Assembly: GCA_047967505.1 (NCBI GenBank)
Contig: CM106538.1
DNA length: 64,000 nt
Source of the DNA: Dipteris shenzhenensis
Lineage: Eukaryota
Strand: one strand, 5' to 3'
The notes under the pieces are model-generated. The model saw nothing but the letters and a program-made list of their open reading frames with translations. It made no database searches and was not told the DNA's origin. How positions within the stretch are numbered: position 1 is the stretch's first letter; the number at the start of each line of letters is the position of its first letter. Below, in pieces: positions 28,080-43,638 of the stretch. The position numbers and the translations under genes were made by a program.

Positions 28080-29200
28080 GAGGCTTAAGTAGAGTCAAGG
28101 CCACCGTGGTGGTCTGGCTCAAGTGAGGGCCATTGCGGTGGTTGGTTCAGGCTCAAATTGGTAGCTAAACCATAAGTCTTTTTCCACCAAAATAATTCAA
28201 CGTGCATGTAGTTGGGTAGAGTGTAGCTGATTGCCAGCCACCATAGTGGCTCCATGGTTATTTGGATGGTTGGCATGTAAATAATTGGTGGCTCAAATTT
28301 TGATTAATCAAATGCTATAGTGGCAGTACGACCTAGCTTGCATGCAATTTAATTACCACTTAATTAGTAGTCACTGGCATAGCATCTCCTTCATGATTAT
28401 TTGTAGGGCACCACCAGGCTTGCATGCAATCTGAGGGTGCATTGAATGCATTTGTAATGTGTGCAATCTTACCAATGTCACAGGCAATATTTCTTGTCCA
28501 TGATTTGTGGAGGTGCACTAGTCACCGATATGCATGCCATTTAATTACCACTTAATTCAGTCACCGGCATGGTGGCTCCTTCATGATTATTTGGATGTCC
28601 CGACTATGTTTAGTACAACTAATTACCAGTCATCACGGTGGATGTGATCAAATAGCGGCTCATGACTCTATAATTGGAGGGGCTTGCATGTGATTATTTT
28701 TGGGATATTTATTTTTAGTGCAATAAATTTCAGTCATTGTAGTGGCATGTGAAATAGTGGCTCATGACTCTATAATTGGATGGGCTTGCATGGCGGTGAT
28801 TATTTTTGGGGAAAAACAAGAAATCTAGTCCCAGTCATCGCGGTGCCCTCACCTTTGATTAGAAGGCCAAATTTTACTATTTTTTAAGGCCTTTTGATGG
28901 GATTTTGCATGGCAAAGAATATCTGCAAAAGACAACACTGCTCGGGCAGCTAAGCATGTGATTAATTGGTGGCTCAATTTTTTGATTAATTAAAGATGGC
29001 TCATGATTATTTGGATGGCACCACCATGCATGCAGTCACCATGGTGGCTCGAATTTTGATAAATTTAAGGTGGCTTATTAAGATGTCTCATGATTAATTG
29101 GATGGCACCACTAGGCCTCTAGTCACCGTGGTGGCTTGAATTTTGATTAATTTAAGATGGCTCATCAATATTAGAGTGTGACTCTTACTATTTAACCGTG
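28080..29200. repeat. Degenerate short-motif repeat field (GGTGGCTC / CATGATTA / TTTTGATTAATT)
   Basis: Motifs recur many times with variable spacing, typical of TE subterminal sequence. Confidence 0.6.
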
Positions 29201-30309
29201 GCTCTGAATATGGGTAATGCTATTTGGCTACCTTGCTCTCATCCACCCCTGCTCTGCTACTTTGCTCCATGCTCCCTCCTCTAGCTATCATCCACCTTTG
29301 CTCTGCTACTTTGATCCATGCTTCCTCCTCCAGCTCCTATCCACTCATCCACTCCCCTACTCATCCACTCCACTGCTCACCCACTCTTTTAACCATGGAA
29401 AGAACCGCATGGAATGCAACCAATAATACTACTCCCCTCGATAAAACATGATCCCAATCTTGACTACTTTCTCATACAAGGTCATTGTGTTGCACTTGTA
29501 AGGAAGTGAAATGATTGCCCTTGTGGAATGTCTTCGTAATCTCCATCCATTACCCCCACATCTCCGAGTCACCACCTTGGATGACATGCATGCATCTGGA
29601 ATATTTATGGCTATGCTCTATGGATTCCCTGAAGACGTTCACGAAGGGCTAATAATTTTTAGGACAGAGTTTTCTCATATTGTTGTCGAGGTCAAATTCT
29701 GATTCTTGCATTTGTGTACAGTCTTTGGCCTCTCTATCGGCCTCTCCATCATCTCCTCTATTGGCTCCTCAAAAATTTGGATGTAGCAAGCTGGGTTGGC
29801 CTCTGTGAATATGATAATGTATAGTGTTCTATCAGCACAGCAAGCCTCAATGAGGCTCTCAATAATACTTAGTTGTACAAATATCCTCTTTGTAACTTTT
29901 TCTCAATAAAGCTCATAACCACTCAGCAATGGCTAACTGATTATCCTCGCCAGATGTAATCTTTTGGGCTCTAAGGCTCTCAGCAATTGTAGAGTTGTTA
30001 TAAATATAATCTCTATTGTTCAAATTTTACTCCATGATACTCCTAGCAATTGCTAAGTTGTTAGGTTTTATAAATTGTCTTTGGATGTAGATGTAATCTC
30101 TTCTGTTTGATTTTTGCTAGATGAGCCTCTCATCAATTGCTGATTTGTTATAAATTATCTTTGGATGCAATCTCTTTGTTCAAATTTTACTCTAAGCAAT
30201 GGTGCCTGAGTTGTTATACTTGCCAAATGTAATCTCTCTCTTTTAAGTTTCAACTTTCATATAAATAATACTATTATTGCAATCGTTGTTATTTCTGGTA
30301 GCAATCGTT

Positions 30310-30680
30310 GTTGCAAGCGATTGGTGCATAAGGAAATACATTTTCCTTGGTTTAGGATTAATTGCAAGCATCACTAAAATATTTCTAAGGATGAGTGTGA
30401 TGGTTGCAAGGAAATACATTTTCCTTGGTTTAGGATTAACTGCAACCCACACTAAAATAGAACCAACGTGGTGGTGCACAAGGAAATATATTTTCCTTAA
30501 TTTAAAAAGAAAAATGTTTAGCTTTGTACAACCACCACACTAAAATAGAACTAGCATGATGGTTGCAAGAAAATAGATTTTCCTCGGTTTAGGATTAACT
30601 GCAACCCACACTATAATAGAACCAGCGTGGTATGGTTGCGTATAATGGAATACGGTTTCCTTCATTCACGATTAACTTTT
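30310..30680. repeat. Tandem repeat with units of roughly 75-95 bp, about 5 diverged copies
   Basis: AAGGAAATACATTTTCCTTGGTTTAGGATTAACTGCAACCCACACTAAAATAGAACC recurs. Confidence 0.8.
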
Positions 30681-31959
30681 AACCCATTGGTTTAAAGTAT
30701 TGATTTCACTCTCATTATAGTATAACAACATGTTGTTCCAATCGATGGCACCTAAAAGAACGTAAATTAAGAAAGGGGACCCCTCAATGTGAAATATATA
30801 TGAACAATTGTGGGACTCCAATGTCTCACGTGACCCAGCTAATGAATGAAAATATGTTATTCTTTGGTTTAATTAGGAGTAGCTACAGCCCACCACTAAA
30901 ATACCTCCAAGAACTAGCACTATGGTTGCACCAAGCCAGCGTTAGCATGGTGGTCATGAATGTAGATCAACATGGAAAAGCTACGCATAGATGAAAGGTG
31001 GCAATCTATGGGTAGATGATAGCTAGTGAGCTGGGGGTAAATGACAGGACAAATTGTGGACAGAGTCTGATGCACAAAGATGAAGCACGGAGACTATGCA
31101 AAGGAGGGCATATATGCTTGTGTAGTGACATGTGTCGAGATCTGATATGTTCTAGAACAACAAGTTTTGATAGATTGTGTCTCATTATTGCACCAGTAAG
31201 GAAATCATTACACTGAGAAAATTTCCAATGGGAGCAAGAGTCCACTCAAAATTTAAAATATTGCCCACCAACGCATCATGTCGCGGCCCCAAAGTTACCC
31301 TTAAAATAAATTGCCTGCACCCGATTGTGCATTGACCCATTCAGGTAAGTTCTAAGAAAGAACAACTATCGACCTAGCTTTACCACTAGCTGATTTACCT
31401 TGCATGCTATTGATTCAACAAGGCCTTGTATGCATCTTATAAGAAATTAAAACTATTCTCCTTACCTTGACTTGCACTTCGTTCAACCTCTTTGATCCTT
31501 TTAGACATGGATTTGGGAACATCTGTAGTCAAATTGCATGGGTCAAGGACCTTCTTCGGTTGAGACTTCTCTTCTAGTGCCCTTTTACTATGATATGCTT
31601 TAGGCATCTCTTCTTCCTAGATTCCATTATATCCACCTTCTACAAAGGATGGCTCCACCGCCCCATGTAATCTTGGAAAGGGGATGCTTGGAGGTGCACA
31701 TCACCTTTAGAATTTGTATTAGCCATTCTTGCAAAATCCAAGCAATCATCAACAACCATCCCCATGATCGTTACATTAGAAGGATGTTCTAAAGCCATAC
31801 ATGTAACCCAATTCAATGTTGAGGCGAATCAAACTACACTTAAATTTTCCCTTCTTGCCAACCACAAGTCACGGCTCTCCTTCGGATTTATTAGAACGAT
31901 AAACCATCTTATCCACCTCTGCCCTATTAGAACGATCAACCATCTTATCCACCACCCAA

Positions 31960-32640
31960 CTCTCCTATGTATGTTGATATTCCTCTAGCTGGTCATTGGC
32001 ATCACTCGAGGAAAGATTTCTCTTACGAGACTCTTGCACAGCAATAGTAATGTCATCCACCTTGTCACCAAGAGCAAGTGCAGTGCAACCTTCTAAGATA
32101 GTTTCTTGCATAGTTGGTCGTGGATCTATAAACGAAGCATGCATTGGGGAATGCACCCAATGACACTTGTAAAGAAATGACCACACCATTGAGTAGCTCA
32201 ATGTTCACAAATTTAGGGGTATCTTGGCTTCGATCCCAAAGTATCCAAGCCCTCCTATGATTCGGCGGAGATTTTCATGGAGGTGCCAACACCATGCGAC
32301 TCAAAAATGTTGCAATCCACTCAACCATATTTCCAAATATCATAGGGAGAGTTGGGAAATCCACTGGGAAATCATGGAACAAAAATTCATCAACACTAAA
32401 CATAGGATTTCATAGAATGACCAATACTATCAAACAAACAAAAAAAATTGAACGACCAACCAACACATCCCTAAGATTTTTTGACACTAGCCTAATTAAG
32501 AAAAAACCCTTTCCCAAGAAATCTTGCAAATCCAAATTCGGGGCTATCACAGTCATAAGGGGGTCATAAGAAAGGAATTCCTCTAGCTCAGTAAGCAACA
32601 ATGGGACATTAACACTAAATAATAAATATAAAAACCACCT
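31960..32640 (-). pseudogene. LINE (L1-like) ORF1 / DUF4283-type fragment
   Basis: Minus-strand translation DFLGKGFFLIRL...VDFPTLPMIF resembles the plant LINE ORF1 RRM-like region; disrupted. Confidence 0.55.
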
Positions 32641-34449
32641 TTAGCAAGGCGACTTTAGCATCTAGAAAGAAGCAGACAGTAGCGCATGTAGTAGCATGCT
32701 TCTTTTTGGATTCAAACCAAGGCTTTCTCGCCACCTCTTTAGAATGCATTTGAGATTTTGCATGCCAGTAGCTTTTTTTACAAGATCGTCATCAAGCTTG
32801 AAAGTAATTTTATATGAATCTTGCTCTAATAATACTCCAAATGCGGTATTGGGAGTCATTGAGTCTCCCTTTGTCACCCAAAAGCACTTGTTTCCAATTA
32901 AGGGGATAGTAAATTGCACTTTCAAAAGCTTGATGCGATACAAAAAAGATGGAGATGATTTTCCATGCTTACTTTACAAATTGGCAAAATATCCTTTGAG
33001 TTGAAAACGTGGACATTAGCAATCTCCACAATATAAAGATTAATGTAAATTAAATTGCAGGCCTTCCTTTTCTTTACTGTAAGAAGACGAGTGACCAAAA
33101 CCTTACAAGAGTCAAAGGCACTAGCTTTCTCTAAGAGGCTTGTATTGAACTTGATATGTTAGCTGCTATCAATGTGATAGGAGCGCCTTTTCAGAGTTAA
33201 CTAGACAACTCTGATCCCTTGCACCAAGCGGCAAAGAGCAACAAATAATTGCTTGGTAGTTATATCTTGAAAGTATGTAGTCAGATATAGTGTCACTATT
33301 TACTGCTTCTGGAGGGTTGGCTATGGGTATTGTGCCCAATTTAGTAGTCATTTTTTGTAATGGTCATTTTTCTAGGATTGACCATCTCTTATACAATATA
33401 AGTAGGCATGTTTATGTAATTAAAAAAGAAGAAGCTCTTCTTACTCTATATGAAGGAGGGTGGGAGGCACAAGATTTTGCCATAGGTTGGTCAAGGGAGA
33501 GCCTCCAAGCACCATGTGTCACATGGTTGGAAAGTAAAGAGAGTGAGAAGAGGGAGAGCCTCCATGTGCAACTAGGTAGTGGGAGATTGCAAGAGGTAGG
33601 AGTGGAGCATTGAATGCTTTGCTTCATTTTGAAATCATGGCAAGTGCATTGAAGTCTTCTTCCACCTCTTTCTGGAAAAAAAGTCTCTTTTCACCTGCCA
33701 CTCCTCCAGAGATCAACCTCTCCTATGACACTCACACTTCTCCTCTGCTATGATGCTCATGCTTGCACATCCACTCTGACTCTCATGCTTGCATCTCTGC
33801 TCATGCTCATGCAATGTCAGACCTCCAGACTCCACAGCTCATGTTGAAGCACGACTCACATGCAGACCTCCAGACTCCAGAGCTTTGATGCAGACCTATA
33901 GACTCCAAAGCGGGAACATGCTCTCATGCAGACCTTTAGACTTGAGCATGTCAGAGCATGGTGACCTCCATGCTCTCACCCAGTCCTCTGACCTCCACGT
34001 TGACCTGAAAACGTCCAGGCTCTGAGTGGTTGTTACACACACTTTGCCCACAAACTCAAGTGTATCGACCCACCTCCTCCTGACAAACTTCTCCTCCTCC
34101 TAACAACCGTGATTCTGTTCCTTGGTGATAGGTGATAAGTGGCACCTCCTTTTGACAATCATGATTTTGTTCCTTGGCAACTAGGTGATCAATGGTGAAT
34201 TGTGATTTCACTGTCTCTACGGTACCTGCCAACTGCCAAAAGGTCATCATGCACTAGTCAGGAAAGGCATCAAAATTATAGATGCACATAGAACTAACGA
34301 GCATTGCAGTATGAACAAATAACGTGACTTGCAATGTCCTCAGTGTGTACAGACCACCATCTACAAAATACCACATTTTTATATCATACCTTGAAAACAT
34401 CCTAACACAAAAAAATAAAATTATATTCCTAACAATCTTGTTGGGGGAT

Positions 34450-37400
34450 TCCATGCCTCTTCAGGAGTACCACCATCCAAACTCTTACTAGGTGATCTAT
34501 TGATCACATGCACTACAGTCTTCATTGCCTCAGCCCAAAAACCACCAGAAAGACTTGCTTTTTTGCAACTCGATTTTGCTCTGGAGTACGAGGGGATGTG
34601 AGCTCCTTCTTAATCCCACGTGTATCACAGAAATGCTGAAAGTCATGAGAGAGATACTCTCCACCATTGTCAGTCCGTAGGCATTTAAGCATTCTACCTG
34701 ACTCTCAACCAAGGCCAACCATTTCTGAAATACCTGGAACACATCACTCTTCCGAGCTATAGCATAAGCCCACACTTTCCTAGTTGCATCATCAATGAAT
34801 GTCACATAGTATTCAACCCCACCTAATGACCGTGTAGGCATGGGACCACATACGTCTGAATGCACCAAATCAAGCTTTTCAAACTCTTTCTTTCCCCTTC
34901 TTTTATGGGCTGATTTAGTCTGCTTCCCATAGAGACAGTGCTCACAAAATTCAAAATCAAAGAAACTCAAATGCGGTACATAACCCAAATGGCATAAGAG
35001 TTTCATTCCATTCTGGCTCATGTGCCCCAACCTGCAATGCCATAAAGAAGTGCTTGGGTGCTCGGTTATTGCAACAACATGATCAAATATTCCTGATACA
35101 TGTAAGGGATACAAAGTCCCACACTTGGCACCCCTAGCCAAAAGCATAGAGCCCTTCTGAATTTTCCAACTCTGAAAGCCAAAAGTGGTGTGAAAACCAC
35201 CATCATCTAGTTGACCCACTGAAATAAGACTCTTGGTCAACTTAGGCACATGTCTCACATGTTTCAAAATAAATGCAGACCCATTTGCAAAAGAAAACTT
35301 TATGTCACCTACTCCCACTATGTCACATGCATAGTCATTTCCAAGATGCACATAACATGTCTTTCCACTGTCATAAGTGGAGAACCATTCCCTATGGGGA
35401 GTAACATGGAATGAAGCACCAAAATCCAAAATCTAATCCTGGGAATATGCATCATCTGAAGTGGTAAGCAACTCTGCAGATAAAGTAGACATGAAGAGAA
35501 CGTCATTGTCACTATCATGTGTGACTACATTGATCTCCTCGCTCTTCACTTTTCCTTTGTCCTCCCTTGGACTCTCTTCCTTTTGATTTGCACCCCAATT
35601 TGCATTCTTTTTCTTATCCTTTTGCTCTCTTTTCAGCTTGTAGCAATCCTTTTTCATATGGCCCTTCTTGCCACAGTGGTAACACTCAATGTTCCGTGCC
35701 TTGGACTTCCCTCTTTCTTGGGATTTCCCCCTGAACTGTGATCTTCCCCTTTTCACATTTAAGGCTGCATCCTGCTTGTTGCCATCCATAGACTTCCATC
35801 TAATCTCCTCGGCCAACAAGCTACCCACAACATCATCAAATTTCAGTACTCCACCAAGTGCAGAGTTACTAACAGCTGTATGGAAGGTATCCCATGAGGA
35901 TGGCAATGAACATAAGAGATATATTGCCTTAGTCTCCGCATCAAAATTCATCTTCTGAGCCTGAAGCTGGCTGAAAATAATATTGAATTCATTCAAGTGA
36001 GAAGCAATGGAGACCCCTTCCTTCATGTGCAGCTCAAACAACCTCTTCATGAGGTAAACTTTATTAGAGGCAATTTCCTTCTCATAAGTGGCACACAGTT
36101 TCTTCCACAAATCTTCCGTAGTCTGCTCATTTACTATTGTGAAATAAACTAACTCTGCAAGATGAAGTCTGATAGTAGACTTTCCTAATGCATCCAACTT
36201 ATTCCAATCATCCTCAGACATATCTGCTGGCTTAGCTTCAATACCTGCCAAGGGTTTAATCTGCTTCTTTTGAATAAGCACATCCCTTATTTGTTCTTTC
36301 CACAAAGAAAAGTTTGTCCCATCAAACTTTTTAATGCTGAAAGCCTCCTTTTCAAACATGGAAGAGGATGCCATGATGCAAATGAAACAAAATCCCAAAT
36401 GCTAGTACCTGCAAGAGAGAATCACACCAAATACTAGGTGCACCCAAATGTGTATGCCACAATAGAGTGAAATATCACCAAAACTCAAAGCTCAAAGCAT
36501 CAAAAAGATACAGCTGACTCATGTGCATGTACTATGCATCCATGGTCCAAAAGAAAATTGCTAGCAATCCAAAATGCCAATAGGTGCCAAATGGCTCAAG
36601 CATAAACACCATCCATGGGTATATGCATCAATAATATCTCATCCAAGAGAGCATAACACTATCAATGCATCACCTACAATGTGTCAAAGCTATCCCTCAG
36701 CATAAAATAGCATCTATGTGCAAAGCGTCCATAAAAAATAGCATCCCACAAGGTAATCTTTGCCTATCAGCGCATCCAATAAGGATCGCAATGCATCCAA
36801 ATGGCCTATAAATCATCCACTGCAACCCAATGCACACCACGAATGAGCGCACATGGCTCAAACTGCAACCAGAGTGATCTGCATAAGGTATGCTCAAGAA
36901 ATCATGGTCCCACAAAAATGACCGCTACTGAAAATAGAACCTAAGATGCCTCAAAACATGGGCACCATTGCATAATCGGACTTAGCAAGAAAATCTGCAA
37001 ATATCTCTATTCTGCTGGAACTCCAAAATCCCAACCGATGAGTGAGAAACGGGAGTCAACACTTATCCACTGCCATGTGGCATAAATCTAAGTTTTCAAA
37101 ACCTTAGAATGAAAAATGCATAATAGAGAGACGAAATCGAATACACAGAGATCTATAACTCTGAAAATACTCCACCGAATTGCACAAGAACTGACAGGTA
37201 GGGGTTTTTGGGTGTCCGAAACGTAATGGGACAGACGGTTTTAGAAACCGTGGTTTCAATCACTGGGTCCAACACACGGACTGAAAAACGTTTTTTGAAA
37301 CAGAACTGTTTGTAAACTCCACCGGAGTGCAAATGATGAGCAACATAGAAGTTTTAGGACCTCTTGAGTCCACCGGAACTGACAGATCTGCAAATGGTTG

Positions 37401-38020
37401 CTCCAAACTTGAGTTCCAACATGCGGGTAGAAAAACGTAGGAACTGACACAGTGAGTCAAAAATCCAATAAAATGATTCCAGATTCAAGAATGAAGGTGT
37501 TTCCAAGCTCCTGAAGTGAAGTGGATACCAAAAGCAAGCAATAGTTGCCTCTACAAGTCAATACAGAGTCTCTGTCATCGAACAGAACAGGAAAAAGCTT
37601 TAAAAACGACTTTTTCTTTGAAAACACTTAACAGGTTCTCAAAACCACTTCGCAAAGCCAAAGTGACTTTTCCAAAGGTTCCTCCAAGGTCTTTGCACAC
37701 TCGGATGCAAGTAAAGTCACCCACAAAGCTTCCCATAGAGCTTCTCCTTCCTCCCACAAAGCTGCTGAGCTTCCAAGCATTCACGCATGCTCAGCTAGAT
37801 CACCCGGGCTCTGATACCAGTTAAGAATGCTCTCAACAGAAGCAAGAACGGAAGAGGGAGAGAGAGAAACAAAGAGCCAAACAAGTTTTGGTGGGTGCAG
37901 AACCACCCTAATCTTCTTTTTCATTCATTTATATATGTGTTTGAGTATTGTACATAACCGGGGTAAAGGCACAGTGACCTTTAACCCCCACAGCATGTTC
38001 ATTATCCACGTTCAATAACA
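34450..38020 (-). mobile_element. Truncated Ty1/Copia retrotransposon: 5' LTR ~37820-38020, gag, protease, integrase; RT/RH and 3' LTR not found
   Basis: PBS (reverse complement of GCTCTGATACCA, 37808-37819); gag ORF 35433-36398 with FDGTNFSLWK and CYHCGKKGHMKKDC; ORF 34530-35429 with D(F)GASFHVT, LWHCRLGHMS and LDLVHSDVCGP. Confidence 0.9.
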
Positions 38021-39855
38021 TCATATTTTGAGATGATGATGATTTGGAGAATGTAGTAGATAGGGGACAAAATTGGAAGACTACTCTCATATACTAGTTC
38101 ACTTACAATCAATTGCAACATGACGTAAGTAACTTACTGTACGGTGACTTGCCATGCGAGTTGGTCTCGAACAAAAGCAATAAATGGCGAACTAGAAGAC
38201 AGAGGGGTGATACCATTGGCCGAATGTACAATATTTCCCCATCAACTGGTAAGCTCTACTTCATGCATATGTTGCTTAATGTGTGCAAGGGTTGCAAGTC
38301 TTTTGATTACCTGCATACTTTTGATAGGCAACTCTATTCTACTTTCATGGTAGCATGCATAGCTAGGGGTTTGTTGGAAAGTGATGATGAATGGTTTTTT
38401 TGTATGCAAGAGGACATGTTTTATCGAAATAGCGCAGACTTGAGACACCTATTTGTCACAATTTTGCTTTTTCATGAGCTAATGTCTCTCGGTTCTTTGT
38501 GGCAAAGATTTCCCTCCGAGAATTTAGATGATTTTTTCCATGCATTGGAATCAAGTATGATTTTTTCCATGCATTGAAATCAAGTATGAGGAATTTAATT
38601 GGTCATCATGCCATGGCAAGAAAAGAGCCTGTATTGCACTTGGAGCATATTCTTCTATAGCTTCGGTGAAGGTTGGTAGACTTTGATGGATTGCCTATTA
38701 TCGACAAATCATCTGTGTCGAAAGTTACAAATGGTTTATTGCAAGAAGAAAGAATGTTTGATGCTATGACAGAAGCACAAATTGTCCAACGGATGGTAAG
38801 TACCTTAAATCATGCCAATGGTCTCCCTTCGATCAAATTTTGGTAAGGATCTATAAAGATGGTGGTAAGGTTGGCTAAGCTAATAATTCAAATGAGGCAC
38901 CCATGACTCGTCGGTTTTCATTTGAAGCATTGGATAGAACATTGCAAGATATCATTCAAACTAAGGAACATTTTGGTGGAAAGGTGGTGCTGTTGGGGGG
39001 GGGGGATTTTAGGCAAGCCTTGTCAATGCTTCCAGAGGAAACATAAGGAAACATAAGAGGAATTATCAATGCTACCTTATGCCACTCATGGATTTGGAGA
39101 TGCACTATAGTATTGAAGCTAACACATAATATGTGGGTTCTTCAAAATGGTGATTATTCAATTGAGCAAGAGTTCATACAATGGGTTTTGGACATTGGAA
39201 ATGTGATGAACAGGCATGTACAAGAAGATACTATTGTAGTTCCATCACAAATGCTTTTAGAGACAAAGTCCATGGAAGGCCTAATTGGATGGGCATATAG
39301 AGGGCTTACAATTGTTGTGGATTTTGCACCATATTTTTAAGAGTGCACTATTCTTGCACCTCACAACCTTGAGGTTGATGCAATTAGTTTTACTCATTGA
39401 AGGAAATGCCCGAGAAGCATAGACTCAATGGATAACTCAAATGGAGATTCTTTTTTGTATGTAGTAGAGTATCTGAACAGTCTGGATCTTGGTGGTGGAT
39501 ACCCGCCTCATTGATTGGTTTTGAAAAGGAATCTCCTATAATGTTGTTGCACAATCTAAATCCTCGCCATTCAATGACTGTGTAATGGGACTCAATTGTA
39601 TTGCAAAGATTTTCACATGAAAGCATTAAAAACTAAAATTATTACTGGTACCAATACTAGAGTTAGGACATTGTCTATTTTGGGTCTATACTTGGTGACA
39701 CAAGTGTTCCATCATGGGTAGCTATACGTGGCTTTCTCGCATATCCAAGCATCGAATGTTGTCAAGTATTCCTTCCGAAGAATGTGTATGATGCCATTGA
39801 TGAGGATGCAGGAATAATTTCTACCATAAATGTTGTATACAAAGAAGTTTTTTAA
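38021..39855 (+). pseudogene. Helitron RepHel (PIF1-like helicase region) remnant
   Basis: IGRMYNISPSTGKLYFMHMLL, ACIARGLLESDDEW, FEALDRTLQD...FGGKVVLLGGDFRQ, HG*LYVAFS and the terminal NVVYKEVF are typical Helitron motifs. Confidence 0.9.
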
Positions 39856-42257
39856 TTGGCAACATCAAGAGCCTAGGAGTATGCCATTATTCTTTTAAAC
39901 CCTCCAACAAATTTTCATTCATGTAATCTCTATATTATAAATGGTATTGTAGGCTTTAAGAATCTATTTTTGTATCATTGTGTTCTTTCAATTGATCAAA
40001 AGACTATTAATTGGAAGCTTGTGAAGCATGGATTGAAAAGTGGTGCCAACCCTTTGTATAGCTTTTTTGACTTCATTCAATATTCCATTCAAAAACTATT
40101 GTATCTCTTGGGGAATGCTAGCTAGATGTATACATATTATATAATAGTTCATGACTTTGTCCTTCACAATGCCTGACTTCTATTAGTTTTCTGTTCTCAC
40201 TACTTTGTGAGAATTAATTTTTCTTTAAGTTATGGGTTTGCAATATACTATAGACTACTTTGTCTAGACATTATGGTTTAGAAAGTCTTTTGTTTTCTCC
40301 CATGTATATAGATTGACACATATGTATCTTTATTGCAATGGGGTAGGATGAATGGATCATTTACCTTTACCAACCCGAAACAAGAGCGTGGGTGGCAAGT
40401 ACATAATTGCTTAATAGTGAAGTTCTATGTTGATTTCTATTTAATAGTGGTCATTGTGACATTTAAAAATATACAGATCCTATGGGGGCTGGTGGTCTTT
40501 AGAGCACGTGCAACTACTGTTACATCTACTAGAGTTGTTGAGGTACCTTGGGTAGAAAACATGTATGCTTTGTTTTTTTAAAAATAAAAAGTTATTTGGA
40601 TTATATATGAGTGGGTAAACATGCTAATTGTTTTTATTTTAGGATTGTTCCCGATTCAAGGTTTGTAATGAACCTCCACGTCGATCATCCTTTTGTGGGA
40701 TGGATCCATTTGGTATTTTACAAAATGTGGTTGCTCAATGGCTTGATGGGACTGATGGACCGCATACCATCTCTAACTACTATTGGTTGGGATACCATGC
40801 ACATGTGAGAAAATGACTTTTCTATGAAGGGATGAATTTATACTATTCATATACCATTGTCTGCATTGTTCGCAGTGTTGTGTGCAAGAGTAAACACTCT
40901 AACTAATAATTTTTTGTTTTATCAACATATAGTAATAAAAGTTTTCTAGCTCAATAATTATAGTCCTTAAATTAGCTTTTTGTTTAACGTGGGTCCAGAT
41001 CGGATTGTTAATAGTGTGTGGAATGTCCATCATCAACATGGATGTGGCAAACAGATGTCACTCTTTTCTTGGATATATGACTTGCTTCTTGGATATAGAT
41101 ATTGCATGTTCAAATATATGACTTCTTTTCATATGTAATATTTTGAAGCACTCTGTTATAGAGCATTTTTTGGTTGGAGTATGTTGCTTGCATTTAAATG
41201 TTTTGTTGTGTTGTAAAAAAAGACGTAACAAATATGGGTGGCCTACGTTCCCAACCTTGAGCATGCATATTTCATTTGTATGCATACAAACACATTTAAT
41301 TCAAATAATTTCATAAAGTCTATTTATTTATTTACTCAAACTAATGTATCCCATGAACCAAGATTGATTATGTTGCCATGTAGCACTACATTGGCACCGA
41401 ATATATCCAATGCATTAGGCACATAATGTCGCATGAAAGAACTAAAGCCATGTATGAATGCTGAGAGGTGGTTTTAGGAAGCTGAGGGGTTCAATGGAAA
41501 AACCATTTTTCATAAGAAATAAAAAGGCTTTAAACAATTTAGGCCTTCCAAGGGAATGTCATCCTCCAAATATGCGAGCTTTTACCAGGCATGTTCAAGC
41601 ATACACATAAACACACATGTGCATGCATGAGCAAAAATGCATGTGCATTACACACATTGTTATATAGCCATACTACTCAAGGGGGATATAAGTTTGTTGG
41701 TTGATCTTTGCACTCAAGTGATTAACGGATATTTGTGGGTTCTTTTAAGCCTATAGTTTGGATTGTTGGAATGTACACATAGCAAGCGGGAGTAGAGCTA
41801 TCAATTGGTTGAATTAAATGGAACCCATTCTACCCTAATGAAGTCTTAAATTAAGAAAGACTGACAAGAAGCAGATCATTACTTAGTTGCTTGAGTCAAT
41901 ACACCCCAAGTAGTTTTGTTTTCCACTCAAAGGCATTGGATGTTCTCCTCCAAAATTGTCTTTCTTCAATTTTAAAAGTTTAATTGTATTAAATATATTT
42001 TAATTATTGTTCAAATTAAATTTTTTGAATTATATATACCTTCAAATGAAAAATCAATTTAGGCTGATAACTAGGATGATTCATTACAAGTGATGACTTA
42101 ATTCATTTAATTTAGATCACATAATGAATAAAAAGGCACTCCAATGGTTTCATTGGGATTTGATTAAGAAACATATTAGGAGGCATACAAATGTTGAAAT
42201 ATGTAAACATAGCAAGTCGCTTTCACAAGGGGATAGGGGGGGAGAGAGGGAGATGGG

Positions 42258-42337
<80 letters not shown>

Positions 42338-42429
42338 CAATGCTACAAATATTAATTTTTGCAACTAAATATTCTAAATTAAATTTTGCAACTAAACATT
42401 CCTGGATATAAATAGCAACCTTTGATTCA

Positions 42430-42695
42430 ACGGAGTGGGTCTTAGTGGAGCAGGTCTGTAGTGGAGTGGGTTAAAGAACTTTGAGACCAACGGAGCATGT
42501 CTATAGCAGAGCAAGTCTGTAACCCATCGTAAATGGGCCATGCTACTCTTATCAGCGGAGCGGGTCTGTAGTGGAATGGGTTACAAAAATTTGAGACCAA
42601 TGGAGCAGGTCTATAGCGAAGAAGGTCTATAACAGAGTGGGTCTATAGTAGAGAAGGTCTATAACCTGTCGCATAAATGGGTCATGCTACTCTTA
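42430..42695. repeat. Degenerate tandem repeats (GGAGCAGGTCTATAG-like) in a duplicated block
   Basis: Directly visible; each block ends AAATGGG(C/T)CATGCTACTCTT. Confidence 0.7.
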
Positions 42696-43391
42696 TCAAG
42701 CGACCTTGCCAGGATTGAGCTAGTTGGCCAATAGTAGGGTAGACTGAAAATGCAGCAGAGATTATTCTTACTAAAGGCCTACTCCATGTGCAGCACTTTA
42801 AATTGGTAAAGCATAACACCAGTTACTACTACAGTGAGTGCGATGTAATCTTGCTATATATTAAGGAGGGTGAACATCATGAGAGGCTGCCACGAGGAGC
42901 CCATGCCAATGTGGCAAGCAAAGTGGAGGTTTGTAGGTAGGTTCGGAGGTTTGGGCACACAGAGAGAGCCTGGAGAAGTTGCTTTGGTGGACACATGGGG
43001 ACTCTAGAGAAGCACTGGCAGGCAAAACAATTGCTCTAGACTGCCATGCGATGGGACAGAGGGTCTAGGGTAGAGAGACGTGTTTCAGTGTGCCACATGG
43101 CATGAGGCAGGGGATAGCGAGGACACAGGTGCAACTACCACATGCGCCATTAAACGGGGCACAGATAGCAGACTAAATGGTTGGTGAGAGGCTATGTGGC
43201 TGAGGCAAGGCTGCAGTAACCTCACCCGCAGCACAGTCATAGACTCACAGATGTGGCACCGTCAGATGAGGAGTAGGGGGTAGTGGCAGAGCTGTAGTGG
43301 TGCAGTGCCACAGTAGCAGAGATGCAAGCCCGCGCAATGTGCCAGAGAGGAAGGGGAGAGGACACACAGCGAGTGGCGAGAGGGGGGGAAG

Positions 43392-43484
<93 letters not shown>

Positions 43485-43500
43485 GGGGGGAGAGGATAGC

Positions 43501-43537
<37 letters not shown>

Positions 43538-43596
43538 GAGAGACAAAAGAGAGACAAAAGAGAGAGAGCAAGAGAGAGGGGGGCAAAGAGGAGTTC

Positions 43597-43638
<42 letters not shown>

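Noticed and set aside
42531-42725. Helitron 3' terminal hairpin
   Set aside because: A short CCCAT-n5-ATGGG hairpin exists but is followed by CTAC, not CTRR, and lies in a repeat block; it cannot be tied to the Helitron.
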